Source of the DNA: Podarcis gaigeae
Taxonomy: Eukaryota
Assembly (NCBI GenBank): GCA_964106915.2
Contig: OZ066925.1
Strand: one strand, 5' to 3'
Length of the DNA: 64,000 nt
The translations under genes were made by a program, and so were the position numbers. Within the stretch, counting starts at the first letter, position 1. Each line of letters begins with the position of its first letter. Below the pieces are notes generated by a model. It did not search any database. It was not told the origin of the DNA and was given only the letters and a program-made list of their open reading frames with translations. Shown one piece after another: positions 12,476-24,555 of the stretch.

Positions 12476-13224
12476 TATAGCATTTCTCTCCATATTGACA
12501 CAATGGCCAGGCTCTGTAGTGACGTCTTCATATGTTTTATGCACAAACATGATTTTTAAAGGTGAACTACTCTTTCAGAAGATGCCCCTTCCCTGAGCCT
12601 AAAAGTTGATGTTGAAACACCTTCAATATAAAAAAATACTTAAGATGAAGAAGACACTAAAGTTAGCTTCCCATCACATTCAGTGGTCATTCCAGGTATG
12701 TCATTGCTTTCAGTTGTCATTTGTTTTTCAGCATTCATCTTAATGCATAGTTTTCAGTGCTTCTTTACAATAAAATTAACTGCTAACTATCTCACATATT
12801 GAAGATGTAGCTTAGTCTGCAATCTTATACTCACTTTACAGGGAACAATGCCCACTCACCTCAACAGAACTTATTTCTGTGTAGAAATGTATAAGTTTGC
12901 ACTGTTATTAAGTTAGAAGTGGCGATTTTAAGATCAGTTTACTAATTTACAATTTGCTAGTAATAAATATTTCCTGACAGACAATATCTGAGTCCCGTTT
13001 ACCCACCACATGCGAACATACAATCAGTGACATTTCTGAGAAATATTTTATTCCTTTATCAGTATTATTCTACAGACTTTAAATAAACTATTTTTTTTAC
13101 CTCATGTACTCAAAAGAACAGCTAGAAAATAAGAGATGAATGTACCAAAACAGCCAACATCAAATGAATGGTAATAGCAGACAATATTCCTCTAGAATGC
13201 AGCAACTTTCATCTCAAGACTTGC

Positions 13225-13257
13225 AGGGGGGGGGGGAGAGGGAGGGAGGGAGGGAGG

Positions 13258-13325
<68 letters not shown>
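13225..13325. repeat. Polypurine tract: G11 + (GGGA)n + (GA)n
   Basis: Direct reading; a single pyrimidine interruption. Confidence 0.95.
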
Positions 13326-13803
13326 CAGCCGCAGGGAGTAGGGTTTCTTGAAGCCTTTTCCAACCAAAGCTACAATAATGCCTGATTGCATTACTGGTTC
13401 CTTGAAGGCAAGAGGTCTATTACTTTAATGCAGCCTTGCCGCCCTCCTGCCCGCTCTGCGTGCGTGTGTGCTTCTAATTGCACAACGGGAAGGGGGGGGG
13501 ACATCTGCATTGGAGCCTTCCGCAGTCCTCTTTACTCGCTTCACAACCGGGATGCTGAGATTCTGATTCTAGTACTTAGGACCGCTCGGAAGACTTGCTT
13601 GCTGGACTGCCTTCGCTTGTGCATCCCAGGAGGTTGGAACACAGAGAGCCTGTACCATCTCGCTTCGAAGGGGGAACACCTGAGAAGTCAGCAAAACAGG
13701 GGGCCACCTCCCCCCACCCCCTTCCTTTTAGAAACGGATCAAGGGGGAAAGGAGGCGAGGAGCAGGAAAACGCCCCGCAGGCCGACGAGCCTCCGCTTCT
13801 AAG

Positions 13804-13824
13804 TTCAGCACCACGGACAGCGCC
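13804..13824 (+). promoter_or_regulatory. RE1/NRSE (REST/NRSF binding site), perfect consensus
   Basis: TTCAGCACCACGGACAGCGCC is identical to the canonical 21-bp RE1 consensus; ~0.9 kb upstream of the ATG of a neuronal gene. Confidence 0.93.
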
Positions 13825-14335
13825 GCCGATCGCTGAGCGAGGCCGCCTCCCGCTTCCCCGGCAGCAGCCCCTCCGGAGCAGCCCCGGCTCGCGGCCAGGG
13901 GCGGAGGGGGGCAGCTGGGGGTGTTTCTTTTGCTTTTGCTTTGAAACTAGGCAAGTGCCGAAGAGTTGCAGAGAGGGGGCTCTTTCCCTGGCGAAGAGGA
14001 GGAGCCGCCGGAGAAGGCAGAGAAGCCGAAGGAGGGGAGAGGAGGATTTTCCCATCCCAGCTCTTTCCAACCCCACCCCCCACCGAGCTCTCCCCCCCTC
14101 CCTCCCTCCCTCCCTCCCTCTCGGTTGCTGGTTATGCTGCCTCTGCTGCTAGTCGTGGCCACGGCAGCGGCGGCGTTTCCTCTTGCTGGCGAGCGATGAA
14201 CGTAGGAGGCGAGAGCGTCTAAGGCAGCTCCTCTGCGGCGCCGGGAGGGTCCCGGTCTCCCGCTCCTTCGCTCTCCTTGATCCCACTGCGTGGCTGGCTC
14301 GCCGGTTGGCGCTGCGTGAGCGCTCCGCGTCGCCG

Positions 14336-14342
14336 TATATAG
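14336..14342 (+). promoter_or_regulatory. TATA-like element (TATATAG)
   Basis: AT-rich motif within the GC-rich core; no ATG between it and the CNTNAP2 start at 14718. Confidence 0.4.
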
Positions 14343-14558
14343 AGAGAGGCGAGCAGGGAAGCTCCCGGAAGCAGCCAGCCCTCCGCTGTGCGCAAGGAAG
14401 GGCTCGCTGCAGCGGTGCCAGCACCGGCAGCGAGAGGCGCTTTCCCTCGCCTCTCCCTTCCTGATACCCCGCTCGAAACCCCTGTTCCCATTAGTACCTC
14501 GAAGAGGGGGCGCAGGACCACCGGGAAAGGAAAAACGAAGTCCCCGGGACTTGAATTC

Positions 14559-14559
14559 G

Positions 14560-14617
<58 letters not shown>
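14559..14617. repeat. (GA)n microsatellite in the probable CNTNAP2 5'UTR
   Basis: Direct reading; ends ~100 nt upstream of the ATG. Confidence 0.95.
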
Positions 14618-14620
<3 letters not shown>

Positions 14621-14717
14621 CCCCCCGGCGAGCAGAGGGCAGATCCGACGGAGAGGAGGATCCGACGGCTCTTCTGCACCTGGCGCCTTGGACTAACGAG
14701 GAGTCTGGAAGCACAGG

Positions 14718-14814
14718 ATGGTGGTGGTTCTCCGAGCCGGCTGCCGGGCAGCTCTCTTCCTGTGGATTTTCAGCAACATCAGCTGCAGAGCCCGGACAGC
14801 TCTGCCGTCCTCCC
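14718..14814 (+). CDS. CNTNAP2: Contactin-associated protein-like 2 (Caspr2), coding exon 1 (signal peptide)
   Basis: Strong Kozak context aggATGG; 97 nt encode MVVVLRAGCRAALFLWIFSNISCRARTALPSS+C, colinear with human [33 protein letters not shown] (recalled); phase-1 donor C|GTGAGT at 14815. Too short for the ORF track. Confidence 0.93.
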
Positions 14815-17800
14815 GTGAGTACCTCGTTTCTGTATTAAACTGGCCAGGGCGGTTCGGGAGGGAGAATCGGATTCCCTAGTCGGAGCTCGAATTCGGTGCT
14901 GGTTTGGTGCTGGTGGCTCTCTTTTGGGCGATCATCGCAACAGCAGGAGGCTTGTGGATCTGGTCCACTATTTCCGTGGCGAGGGTGCTGTTGGAGAGAG
15001 GTTGTTGTTGATCCTCACCTAGACCTAGGCTTGCTAGTGGGCTCTCTCGGAAGTTCGTTGTCCACTCTTCGGTGGGATTGGCAGCGGTTTGACTTTCAAG
15101 TGCCAGGGGCGTTAGTGCGTGCTCAGAAGAGGGGGCGTTGGGCGCTATGACTCGGGATTTTCCTGCTGATCTGGTTGGAGAAGGCTTGATTTAGGAAGAA
15201 ATACAAAGTTTTCCTTCTCAAAGCAAAATCCGTGAAGTTGGACTAAGCCGTTGCCTCTGTGTTTCATTCTTGAGAAAGGGATGTTTGTTACGTAAACGAT
15301 GAGCAAAGAGTTGGTGGGCGAGAGGGTTGCATCCCAGGGCACTTTGAGAGGGTCCTAACTCTGTTGCCAGATCTGTTGAGCTAAGGGCAACTTGAAATAT
15401 TGAAAGTCGAAAATGACTGTAAGCTTTTAGCGTTGGTTGGCGGATGCCAGACTGAAGTATTTAACCACCTCTCCAGACTCTATAGAGAGGGTTGTTGTAG
15501 CGTTATCAAATATACAACTTTTACTTCAAAGATCAGCAGTTTCCTTTTTACGTTCACAGTGATCTGGAAAGCAGACGCTGCACGCCTGTGGCTCAGTGTG
15601 CTAGTTTTGCTCTTTGTTTTGGAGTGTGGGCAGTGCATGCTGTGTTCTTGTAATAAATCATCTTGAAAATTTAATAGCCAATGTACAATTCTTGATATTT
15701 GACTCAGCACCTTTGCATCTGTTATCTTCAGTTCTAGAAAATAAAAAGCACTACTTTATTTATAGGAAGAAGGGGAGAAATGCCAGAACAGATCCTTGAA
15801 GTTTGGAGATTCTTTGCAGTTCCTTGATGATTAAGTAAATGCACTTTGCACTTGATCTGGTGAAATTTCATTTATGTTTATGTGAAATATGCCACACTTG
15901 AGACTTTGCATACCATGGTTGAACCCTGAAAATAACTGGCATTTATCCAGTCCCAAATGCAAGGGATTATTTTCCAATGTCTGTGATACATTTGAAAGAT
16001 ACCATGTATGACACAACGAAAAACATGGTTCAGTATATGAACCAAATAATTGCACACTGCAAACTGGTTTGAGCAATGTCGCGCTCTCTTTCAGAAACAA
16101 TCCAATAAGGATTTTTTGTGCTTGGTGTGCATGGTTTATCCCATATAGATTCTGAATGTGAATGTCTTCCAGTTAATGGTAAAAGGTGGTGTGTAACACC
16201 ACAGGAAGTCAAGAAAGACCTGGTTGTACCTTTCCTCTGGCTGCTGCAAGCTCAGTCCGTTCTAGATGGTGTATTGAAACTCAACCCTTCTACATTTTTC
16301 TTCATGTTCACGTAAATGTACCCTGCATCGTATTTTTAAACTGTCTCTGTATAGCATTGTTGCTGTATCAACTTGCAGGGTAGCTAGTTTGTGTTACCTC
16401 CTAGTGTTGTATCACAATGCAAGAAGTTTGTCCATGTGCACTGATTTGTGGTACTTGTTTTAATGTTACTCAAGCTTGGATGCAGGCATCATACAACCAT
16501 TATTTGCTTGTTTTGAAAAAATTGGACAAGAACCTTCTGTAAGTAAAATTTCCATGTTGTCTTTTTTGAAAACAAAACCAAACCCCATTCTCTACTGTAT
16601 ATGCAACATATGGATATCATATAGCTATACTTTCCTAGTTTCCTAGATTCAATAATTATTTTTTTATTATTACCTTGTGATCCCTTGTTGCCAGTATTGG
16701 AGAAGGCAGAAGAGGGACTGGCTGCTAACAGATGAATAGTTGCATAAAGCAAATCAAGCAATATAAGTACATCTGCTTTCTTGAACCATTATAACAAAAC
16801 CAATTACATCCTGGCAAATGAAAAGTGCATGAAAAACATTCCTGCAGAGAATCGTAAAGGTATATCCTTCCAAGTGACAGTGAAGGAGCAAGAAAGGAGG
16901 TTTAGTTTGCTCTCAGATTTGGTAATGTTACTTGAACACTGTGATATGTAAGACTTTGACAGATGAAATTAATCTGCAAACTGATGTCCAGTTTGATTGC
17001 GCCAAAGAAATTAGTTTGTTTGTTTTTTGAGAGGGTCACCCATTACAGAGCCACCCATTACTGAGCATTTTTGAAGTTTTCTGCCTTAATGTCCTGCTGT
17101 TGAAATGGGAACTGGAAGACTAAACTGGACTATTTACTGCATATGGAGTTCTGAGGGTGATCTACAGCCCCTCAAAGGCAGTGGCAGAACTCTGTTGATT
17201 TTAATGCAGCTGGAAGATGCCACCCACAAATACCTTGAAAATGCAGGGATGACCAGCTAGGTTGCTGAATGGCTGTTGAAATGGGAGCTGAAAGATTAAA
17301 CTAAAGGACTATTTACTAGGAAATGCAAGGCTATCTTTGGTTGTGTGTGGAAATTGCTGAAGTCACTGCACATTTTCATGTGGAAGTATGCACAAAGGAG
17401 TGTGAAATATGACAGAGCAACACCAAAAGTTTACTTGCACTCGTTCTACAAGTTACTGTTTTGAAAGCTGCTCCTTCACACAAGAAACTACATATTGCTG
17501 TATAGTTGGTTCTATTGTGCTAGAACTAGAGCACCAAGTATTTGTATTATTTTTAGTAGAGAGAGCTGAAAATACTTCTTTTTAAACTTTTACATATTTT
17601 TCCATACAGTTTGGCCAAGTCGTTTCACTAAAAATAATTATTATTAGTTGAAAGGCCATCAAGAGCAAACGTTCACATTTCAATATGACCATTATATAGT
17701 TTAAAATAAATATGAGTTTCAGATATACCATAATAATAATGCAATGTAAATAAAATGTTCTATCCCTTGTGAACTGTACCGTATTGGAAGGAAACATTTA

Positions 17801-18802
17801 TCAGACCCAACCATAAGCAGCTGTACCTACTGATGGTCTTATGACAAGGTTTAAAAACAATGATCTGAAGACTCTTAACTGTTTGCATCAAGGATAATGA
17901 ACAGCTTAGCCAGGAGAGGTCATCACAAGACAAAAAGTAACATGGAAAATAAAATTTAATACTTTCCCCCTCCTTTACTCTCACTTTGGAATAGGCTGAG
18001 AAGGAAGCAAATGCAGTCAGGCTTAGACAGTGTGTCTGCTTATGGGCTCTTCTTGGCAAATTATATTTTCTACTCAGTACATAAATGTAACCAAATGAGC
18101 ACTTTTTGAGCTTTCTATAGATAGTTTAATGCAACCTAATTATGGAACCATTGCCTTTCACAGCAGGGTTCTGCTCAGTTCTGCTTGTTTATGTGTGAGT
18201 GAAGTTGGCTCCAAGCAGGCACCTTACTTGGGAAACTGCAATTGAAGCTATAACAATATGATAGTTACCATAGCTTAGCTGATAGTGAAATGTATCACCC
18301 TGTGTTGATCAGGAGTAAAAACCCAACATGCAGAGAAACTTTTTATTATGCACATGTATGCACACTGTGTAATATAAGTTGACTGACACACAGACACATC
18401 ATTAGTAATGATGCTAATTCATACAAAGGAATGGAAGATGCACAGAAACGGACAGTATGAGCAGGGAATTAAACCCACAGCCTGATCAACATATTCTACC
18501 TAGGCAGTAAAATGCTTAGAATGTTGCTTAAATGTAAGTGGTACATAAATTGTCCAAATGTATAAATAAAAATGCATAGCTTCCTAGCAATGCATAGCGG
18601 ACATTGACAATGGGGCAGTGTGCACATTGGCTGGCCAATATCCATACTTTCCTGCAGCAGCCATACATATTACCCAATGTGAAAAGTACCCACTGTTTTG
18701 TGATTTGTGTGTGTGTGTGAATTGGCCAACGGTGATAATGTAATTATTACAGTCCTACATAATGACATTGTGAAAATAATCTGTTAGGTGATAAAAGCTT
18801 CT

Positions 18803-18991
18803 AGAATCAAAGAATCATAGAAGTGTAGAGTTGGGAGGGATCCCAAGGGCCATCTAGTCCAACCCCCTGCAATGCAGGAATCTCAGCTAAAACATCCAGG
18901 ACAGACGGCAAACCAGCCTCTGCTTAAAAGCCTCCAAGGAAGGAGAGACCACCGCCTTCCAAGGGAGTCGGCTCCATTGTCAAATGGCCCT
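18803..18991 (-). mobile_element. CR1 3' end fragment
   Basis: agaatcatagaagtgtagagttgggagggatccc...ctctgcttaaaagcctccaaggaaggagag. Confidence 0.8.
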
Positions 18992-20509
18992 CAGAGAGAT
19001 CGTGGGATGGTAATCTGATTTTTATTTTTTAATTTATTTTTAATAAATAAACCCTTGCTCCCGTGTACTGTATTATTATTACTTTTTAGTGAGTGATATA
19101 CAGAAATGGATCTTTTACGTCTTACCAACTGTAGAAAACCCTGCAATTCTAGGAAGGAGTGGAGAAGGAAGGAGAATTTACATGCTGGAAATTCTCACAG
19201 TTCACATTTCTTTCTGTCCTTAAAAGATTCATTTTTACTTGCAACTCAACTCAAAATGAAAGAATATTTAGCCATGCCCTGCTTACAGTAGAAATCTTTT
19301 CCCTTTGCTAGCTGCTAGATTAAGTACCGATTCTTCTGGATTTCTTAATGCACCTGGCTGCAAGGGTGGAGAATCAGACTGGTTTTAAGTTCATTTACAT
19401 TTATATATCTTTTAATAGTGTGCTTCAATAAAAGAAAAATAACCGTTGGCCAGTTGACAATCTACAGCCTATTTGTATTTCATTTATGTTTGGATGTTTT
19501 GTTTGTGCTTCACACAAACTAGCATGTGGGTGCAGCAGCCAAGACAATATGCCTAAGGCACCATCGTTGGGAAAACCCCCAAAACTGCCAGGCTAGTAAC
19601 TGTTTGGTTTCTAACATTAATGTTATGTTGGTATCCAGCATGGTTGAAAATTGCCCTGCTGAGCTCTCTTTGCCCAATACGCACTGGGCAGAGACTTCCA
19701 CTGACTGCTCATGTTGTCCTGTGTGTGCAAACACAGTCATTACCGAAAGCGGTTGGCAGATCATAAGCAATGCACTAATGGCCAATCTGGTTAATACTAA
19801 TCACCATCAATATTTCAAAGTGTTGGCCTCCTGTGTTTTGATTTCCAAAAGACTCGCAGAGCTTTCTCAAGTTTTCTTCATGCTTATATGCTTAATACAG
19901 TGAAGCCCAGACAACCCTATTTCAGCAGCAGCAGCTGCTGTGACAGGGACTAATGTAACAATATTTAATGTTCGAATCAAAAGCCAAAAGCTACAGCTAC
20001 ACTTGCATCTGACTTCTGGTTCACAGGAGAACAAATTTTCCTTGAGGAGTTCCTTAGCCATTTCAGCTCAGGCCTTGGAGAATCCTTGTAAAGCATCATG
20101 TGTCATGTTCAGTTTCTGAAAATGCTTAGAAATATTCCAGAAATGGCACTATGTGAAGACTTGGAGTGATAAACTGTGTATATGTTCCTGCCTTAAATGC
20201 CTGGGCAGGAGCCTATTCTGTGTTCTCTTGGGAAGATCTAGATTCCATATACATTGAACAGAGTGGCATATCTCATTACTGGTCACACATCTCTATAGAC
20301 TGCCAACACACATGAACATACAAAACTGCCTGATAATGAGTTTTAATTCCACCCAACTCAGTAATTGACTTAGGGAGACTGTGCAAATGTGTGGTCTCCG
20401 ACAGAGGAGCTTGGAGCCTCTTTTCTGCACCCTAGTCCCTTTTACTGCCATGCTATGCTGAGTTAAGCCAAGTTTGTGTCTTGTCCCAGCTAGACTGGTG
20501 GCTAAGCTG

Positions 20510-20511
<2 letters not shown>

Positions 20512-20543
<32 letters not shown>

Positions 20544-20583
20544 TTGTATACCACCCTGTACCCACAGGTCTCAGGGCAGTCAT
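20512..20583 (-). mobile_element. (ATTG)n plus L2-type tail
   Basis: (attg)n followed by atttgtataccaccct...tctcagggcag. Confidence 0.5.
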
Positions 20584-21343
20584 TCACTAACCACAAACTG
20601 TAGCCAAGGCCTGTTCTTCAATATATCTTGTGGTTAACAAGGAGAAAGCTTAACCATAAGTTCTGGTTCAGATGACCTGCTGAGCCAAACCTCGGCTTAG
20701 CTCAGTGTAGTGTGGCATAAAAAGGGCTTGGGGAGGAGCAAAGCAGCTGTGAGCCCCTTTTGGGGATCCTGAACATTTGCAGTCCTGTGAAGCCATAGTT
20801 TTGGTTATTGTGTCATGCAAACCCACCCAATGCTTACAATTACCAATAGCAATTCTGCAAGATCTCAGGCCAGAGGTTTTTCTTATCTTGCTAGCTGTGG
20901 TTCTTTTATCCAAAGATTAAACTTTGAACCTTCTCTGTGCTGTTTATCCACTCACCATTCTTTTTTCTTTTTGTATCATGTGTATTAAGTTGTAAGGCTG
21001 TGAAAAAGGCCTGTCTTGGCTGATAATAACCATAACCATAATCATAATGCAATATTGGTAAGTGCCTGGGAAGAAATACAATTGGGAAAGGAGCTGGTAG
21101 AAAACTGATGGTTATATATTAGAGTGACCAATATGAACAAACTCTTTATTCTCTTTCCTCGTATAGCACTAACCTTTATTGTTTAATTTCATTTGATATT
21201 GTATGCTGGATGATGTTTAGATGGTGCTTGCTGCTGGTCTGATTTAAACTTTTATGTTGTGATTGCTGTTATGTTTTTGTTATGTTATGTTATGTTGGTT
21301 TGCTGCTTTGGGTATCCTACTGGATCCGAACACAGTATAAATG

Positions 21344-21345
<2 letters not shown>

Positions 21346-21391
<46 letters not shown>
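21346..21391. repeat. (TA)n microsatellite
   Basis: Direct reading. Confidence 0.95.
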
Positions 21392-21394
<3 letters not shown>

Positions 21395-21499
21395 AAACCC
21401 TGTGAAATCATTTCTTTAAATGCACCATTGAGAATAGTGACATCCTTGTCTGCATACACTTCAGACTTGTGATTTCTTCATGATAATCCACCACCCATA

Positions 21500-21770
21500 T
21501 CAATACTGGAAGTACAAATGACAATACAGAGAATGAAGATGGGGAAAGCACTGGGGCCGGATGGACTTACAGCAATTTATTATAAAAAGTTCCAGTGTAA
21601 ACAAGTTTTGATGGACGTAATAATGGATTACTGTTTAGTTTATGTAAAATGTGCAGGGATTTATGATATGCAAAATGAACCATGGAAAGAGAAGAAGGGA
21701 AGTCATTGACATTTTAAGGTTGTTTAAATGAATATTCTACATTGTAAAACAGAAAATTTAATAAAAATAA
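21500..21770 (+). mobile_element. Internally deleted L1 fragment
   Basis: IQRMKMGKALGPDGLTAIYYKKF (L1 ORF2 KxPGPDG motif) joined directly to an L1-like 3'UTR with aataaa. Confidence 0.7.
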
Positions 21771-22313
21771 TGCACAGATAATCCAGCTCCTCTGAAACTG
21801 ACATGAACAAGAGATGTGGAAGAAAGGAAACATGGATCGCAAATAAATTGCATATTTGAACAAGAGATGAAATAACAGTGTCCTTGCAATTGCTGTATAT
21901 TTGTTTGCAGGGGCTTCAGTATATGCATGCAGTTGCTGCCTTCTCTTCTGCTAGTTGGGAAATACATCACACCCAGAGATTACAATGACTTCAAAACATT
22001 TTCAACCACCCTGGAAACAAGAAGGCAAGACACACAAGCTGGGCAGACGGGGCCGTATTTATTAATTTAGCACAACAGATTTGCAGAAGGGAATCGTAGT
22101 ACAGGACACTCACTGCAGATAGCAAACTAGGGGAGGCAACCCTTCCAAAGGTAAGAGGCATTTCATCTGTCCCTTTCCCATGACCCCAGTCTGGTCTCTG
22201 GGAGCTGAAGAGTGGTGGTGACAAACCATTTCAACCACATACAAACAAAATGCAGAGGGCTTTGGGGGAGTCAGGGAACGATTAAATAGCCCTGCCCTCC
22301 ACATGCCACCACA

Positions 22314-22649
22314 CAGGGCTGGCTCACCCATGAGGCAAGGTGAGACAACTACTTTGGGTGGCAGGATCCACAGGCGCAGCAGATCTAGTCTCCAGGGAAT
22401 GCATTGCCTGGTGGCAGCAACAGCTGTGGGGCACTTGGAGGCCAGATCTGCTCCCTCCATGCCACCTCTTCCTTGACCTCTTAGCCAATAGGAGGTGCTA
22501 CTAGTTTCCTCCAACCCTTGTTCCCAGTGTAGATCTTTATTCCCCCCTTGTTCCTGATGTAAATCTTCACTCACCCCTTATCCCTGGCCAGGCGGGGGAC
22601 ATCCTTTTGTGGCTTGCCTCAGGTGCTGAAATGTCTTGAGCCAGCCCTG
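22314..22649. mobile_element. hAT-type MITE
   Basis: Perfect 12-bp TIR CAGGGCTGGCTC/GAGCCAGCCCTG; 8-bp flanks ccaccaca / ctgccaca, both derivable from ccgccaca by CpG decay. Confidence 0.8.
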
Positions 22650-24036
22650 CTGCCACAGCATGCATGTGCACACAGGGGGGCAGATGCCCATCAGACAGAG
22701 AAGCTACTGCACACATGGAATACAGGCGCTCTCTGCCTGTGTCCTGCAGAACTAGCTGTAAAGAACCAAGGACAGTGTATGTGCGCGCGCTACATTTTGT
22801 ATACAGTTGCTAATTTTGGCTTGGCTTTGCTGCTTTTTGAGGAAAAAATTCCAATTGTTCAATGCATGCTTTTATTATAAAGTGCCTTGAGCATGCTGCT
22901 ATGAAAAGTGGCATTGTAATTTGATAAGAAAATATTAAAGGACTGCCCGCTACAAACAGGATCTTACTGGAGCAAAACATGGCACAGATGTAAGATTTTT
23001 TTGAATTCTTTCTTATACTTTACATGACTTTATGAATAAAATCACATTTAGTAGTGTATATTATCCTTCTGTTCAGTGCATAGTCAATGGATCAGCTTTT
23101 AGCGAAAGTTTCCTGAACTTATGTCCACAGTCAAATACTTGGTTCCCCATGAGGACCTTGAAAAGGACTTTTAAAAACCCTTTGGCTTTTCTCACAAGGA
23201 AGCCTTCTGAATACTAATTCTGCAGGCCTCTTCTCATAACTGTTCTGGCTCCCAAGTTTCTATCCACCTCACAACTGTCCCTTTTCTAAAATGAACTTGT
23301 TGATATATTATGTACGGTAATGTAATGTTTTTAACGGCACACAATTGACTGCTGTGGCTTGACTAAGACACTTTTATCATATAATCTTTAAAGCTTCAGA
23401 ATCTCTCCTGACAGTAATAACACCAAAAATATCGATTGTTTGTATACTGTATGGAAAGACACTGCACATAGCTTATATTTTTCTACAGTGGAAGGCAGTT
23501 AAGTAAGTACCAACACTCCTTTTGGGACTATGTTTTACCTGCTTTCACTACCAACATTTTTCTGGTAATATAAATTGGCTTTAAGTGCCAGAGATACAGC
23601 TAGTTTCAAACCATAGTTTATTGTGTCAGTGTTCAACTCTGAATTAGAATCTGTTCCTCTTGGTATTAGTTTTCAGTTTGTTCCCAAAGGTATCATAACA
23701 ATCAAAACAACTGCAACAACATAAGCTCTTACCTAAGTCAAATAATAGTAAGCTTGCCTAATAAGGTACTGTCCACAGTTTATTAACATGTATATCAAAT
23801 GTCAAGGATAGAAAATATAAATTCCACACAGTCATGCCTATAAATTTCATCAGTGCAACTACAAAGACTACAGTCATGCTGTAGCAGTGTTATCACATGT
23901 TAGCAGTGATAATTCAGAGTACAATATTTTCATCCTTCATAGTATTGAGATCAGAGTGAGTATGTAACTGAGCCAAAGGGGAAGGAAGCACATTTCATGA
24001 CTTTGTTTGGCAGTGCTGAATAGCTCTTCCACTTTC

Positions 24037-24076
<40 letters not shown>

Positions 24077-24086
24077 ATTATTATTA
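24037..24086. repeat. (TTA)n microsatellite
   Basis: Direct reading. Confidence 0.9.
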
Positions 24087-24520
24087 GTTGCACTGAAATA
24101 GAAAGCATATAATATATGCAGGGTAATAATTGACAAGGGTTTGGGGGGATTTGGGGAAATATTTAATCCCCTGCCCTATTTTGGGTTCTGACACTGAAAT
24201 GGGCAAATGTTTGGCACAACCTAGTAGCACTATATATCCTGGGCATATGTTATTACACAGTGTAATCATCAAAAGGATGAGAAAATAATGGCAGTAAAGA
24301 AGGCTTTGGAGATCATTGTGTGCACCATGAGTCTAGGGATGTTTCAGGATTCTGTTTTTTGTGAATTTCAATAAAGACTAAACGAAGATACTGGACAAGT
24401 CAGAGGTCAGAGTTCCCTATACTGTAAGTTTTTATGGCAGACCATGGAGAAGCTGTTTTTATCCTTTCTCTAGCCCATATAAATATTGCAGATCTGTTGC
24501 TTTTCTAGAGTATTGTCATA

Positions 24521-24522
<2 letters not shown>

Positions 24523-24554
<32 letters not shown>
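24523..24554. repeat. (TG)n microsatellite
   Basis: Direct reading. Confidence 0.9.

Positions 24555-24555
<1 letters not shown>

Larger units (their letters stand above)
13430..15130. promoter_or_regulatory. CNTNAP2: CpG island / promoter of CNTNAP2
   Basis: Abrupt GC and CpG enrichment against a CpG-depleted background; spans exon 1; edges estimated by eye. Confidence 0.9.

Noticed and set aside
13386-14838. Many long overlapping ORFs on both strands in the CpG island (e.g. 185 aa, 255 aa)
   Set aside because: Stop-poor GC-rich DNA and (GA)n tracts produce low-complexity ORFs with no recognisable domain; the real coding exon is 14718-14814.
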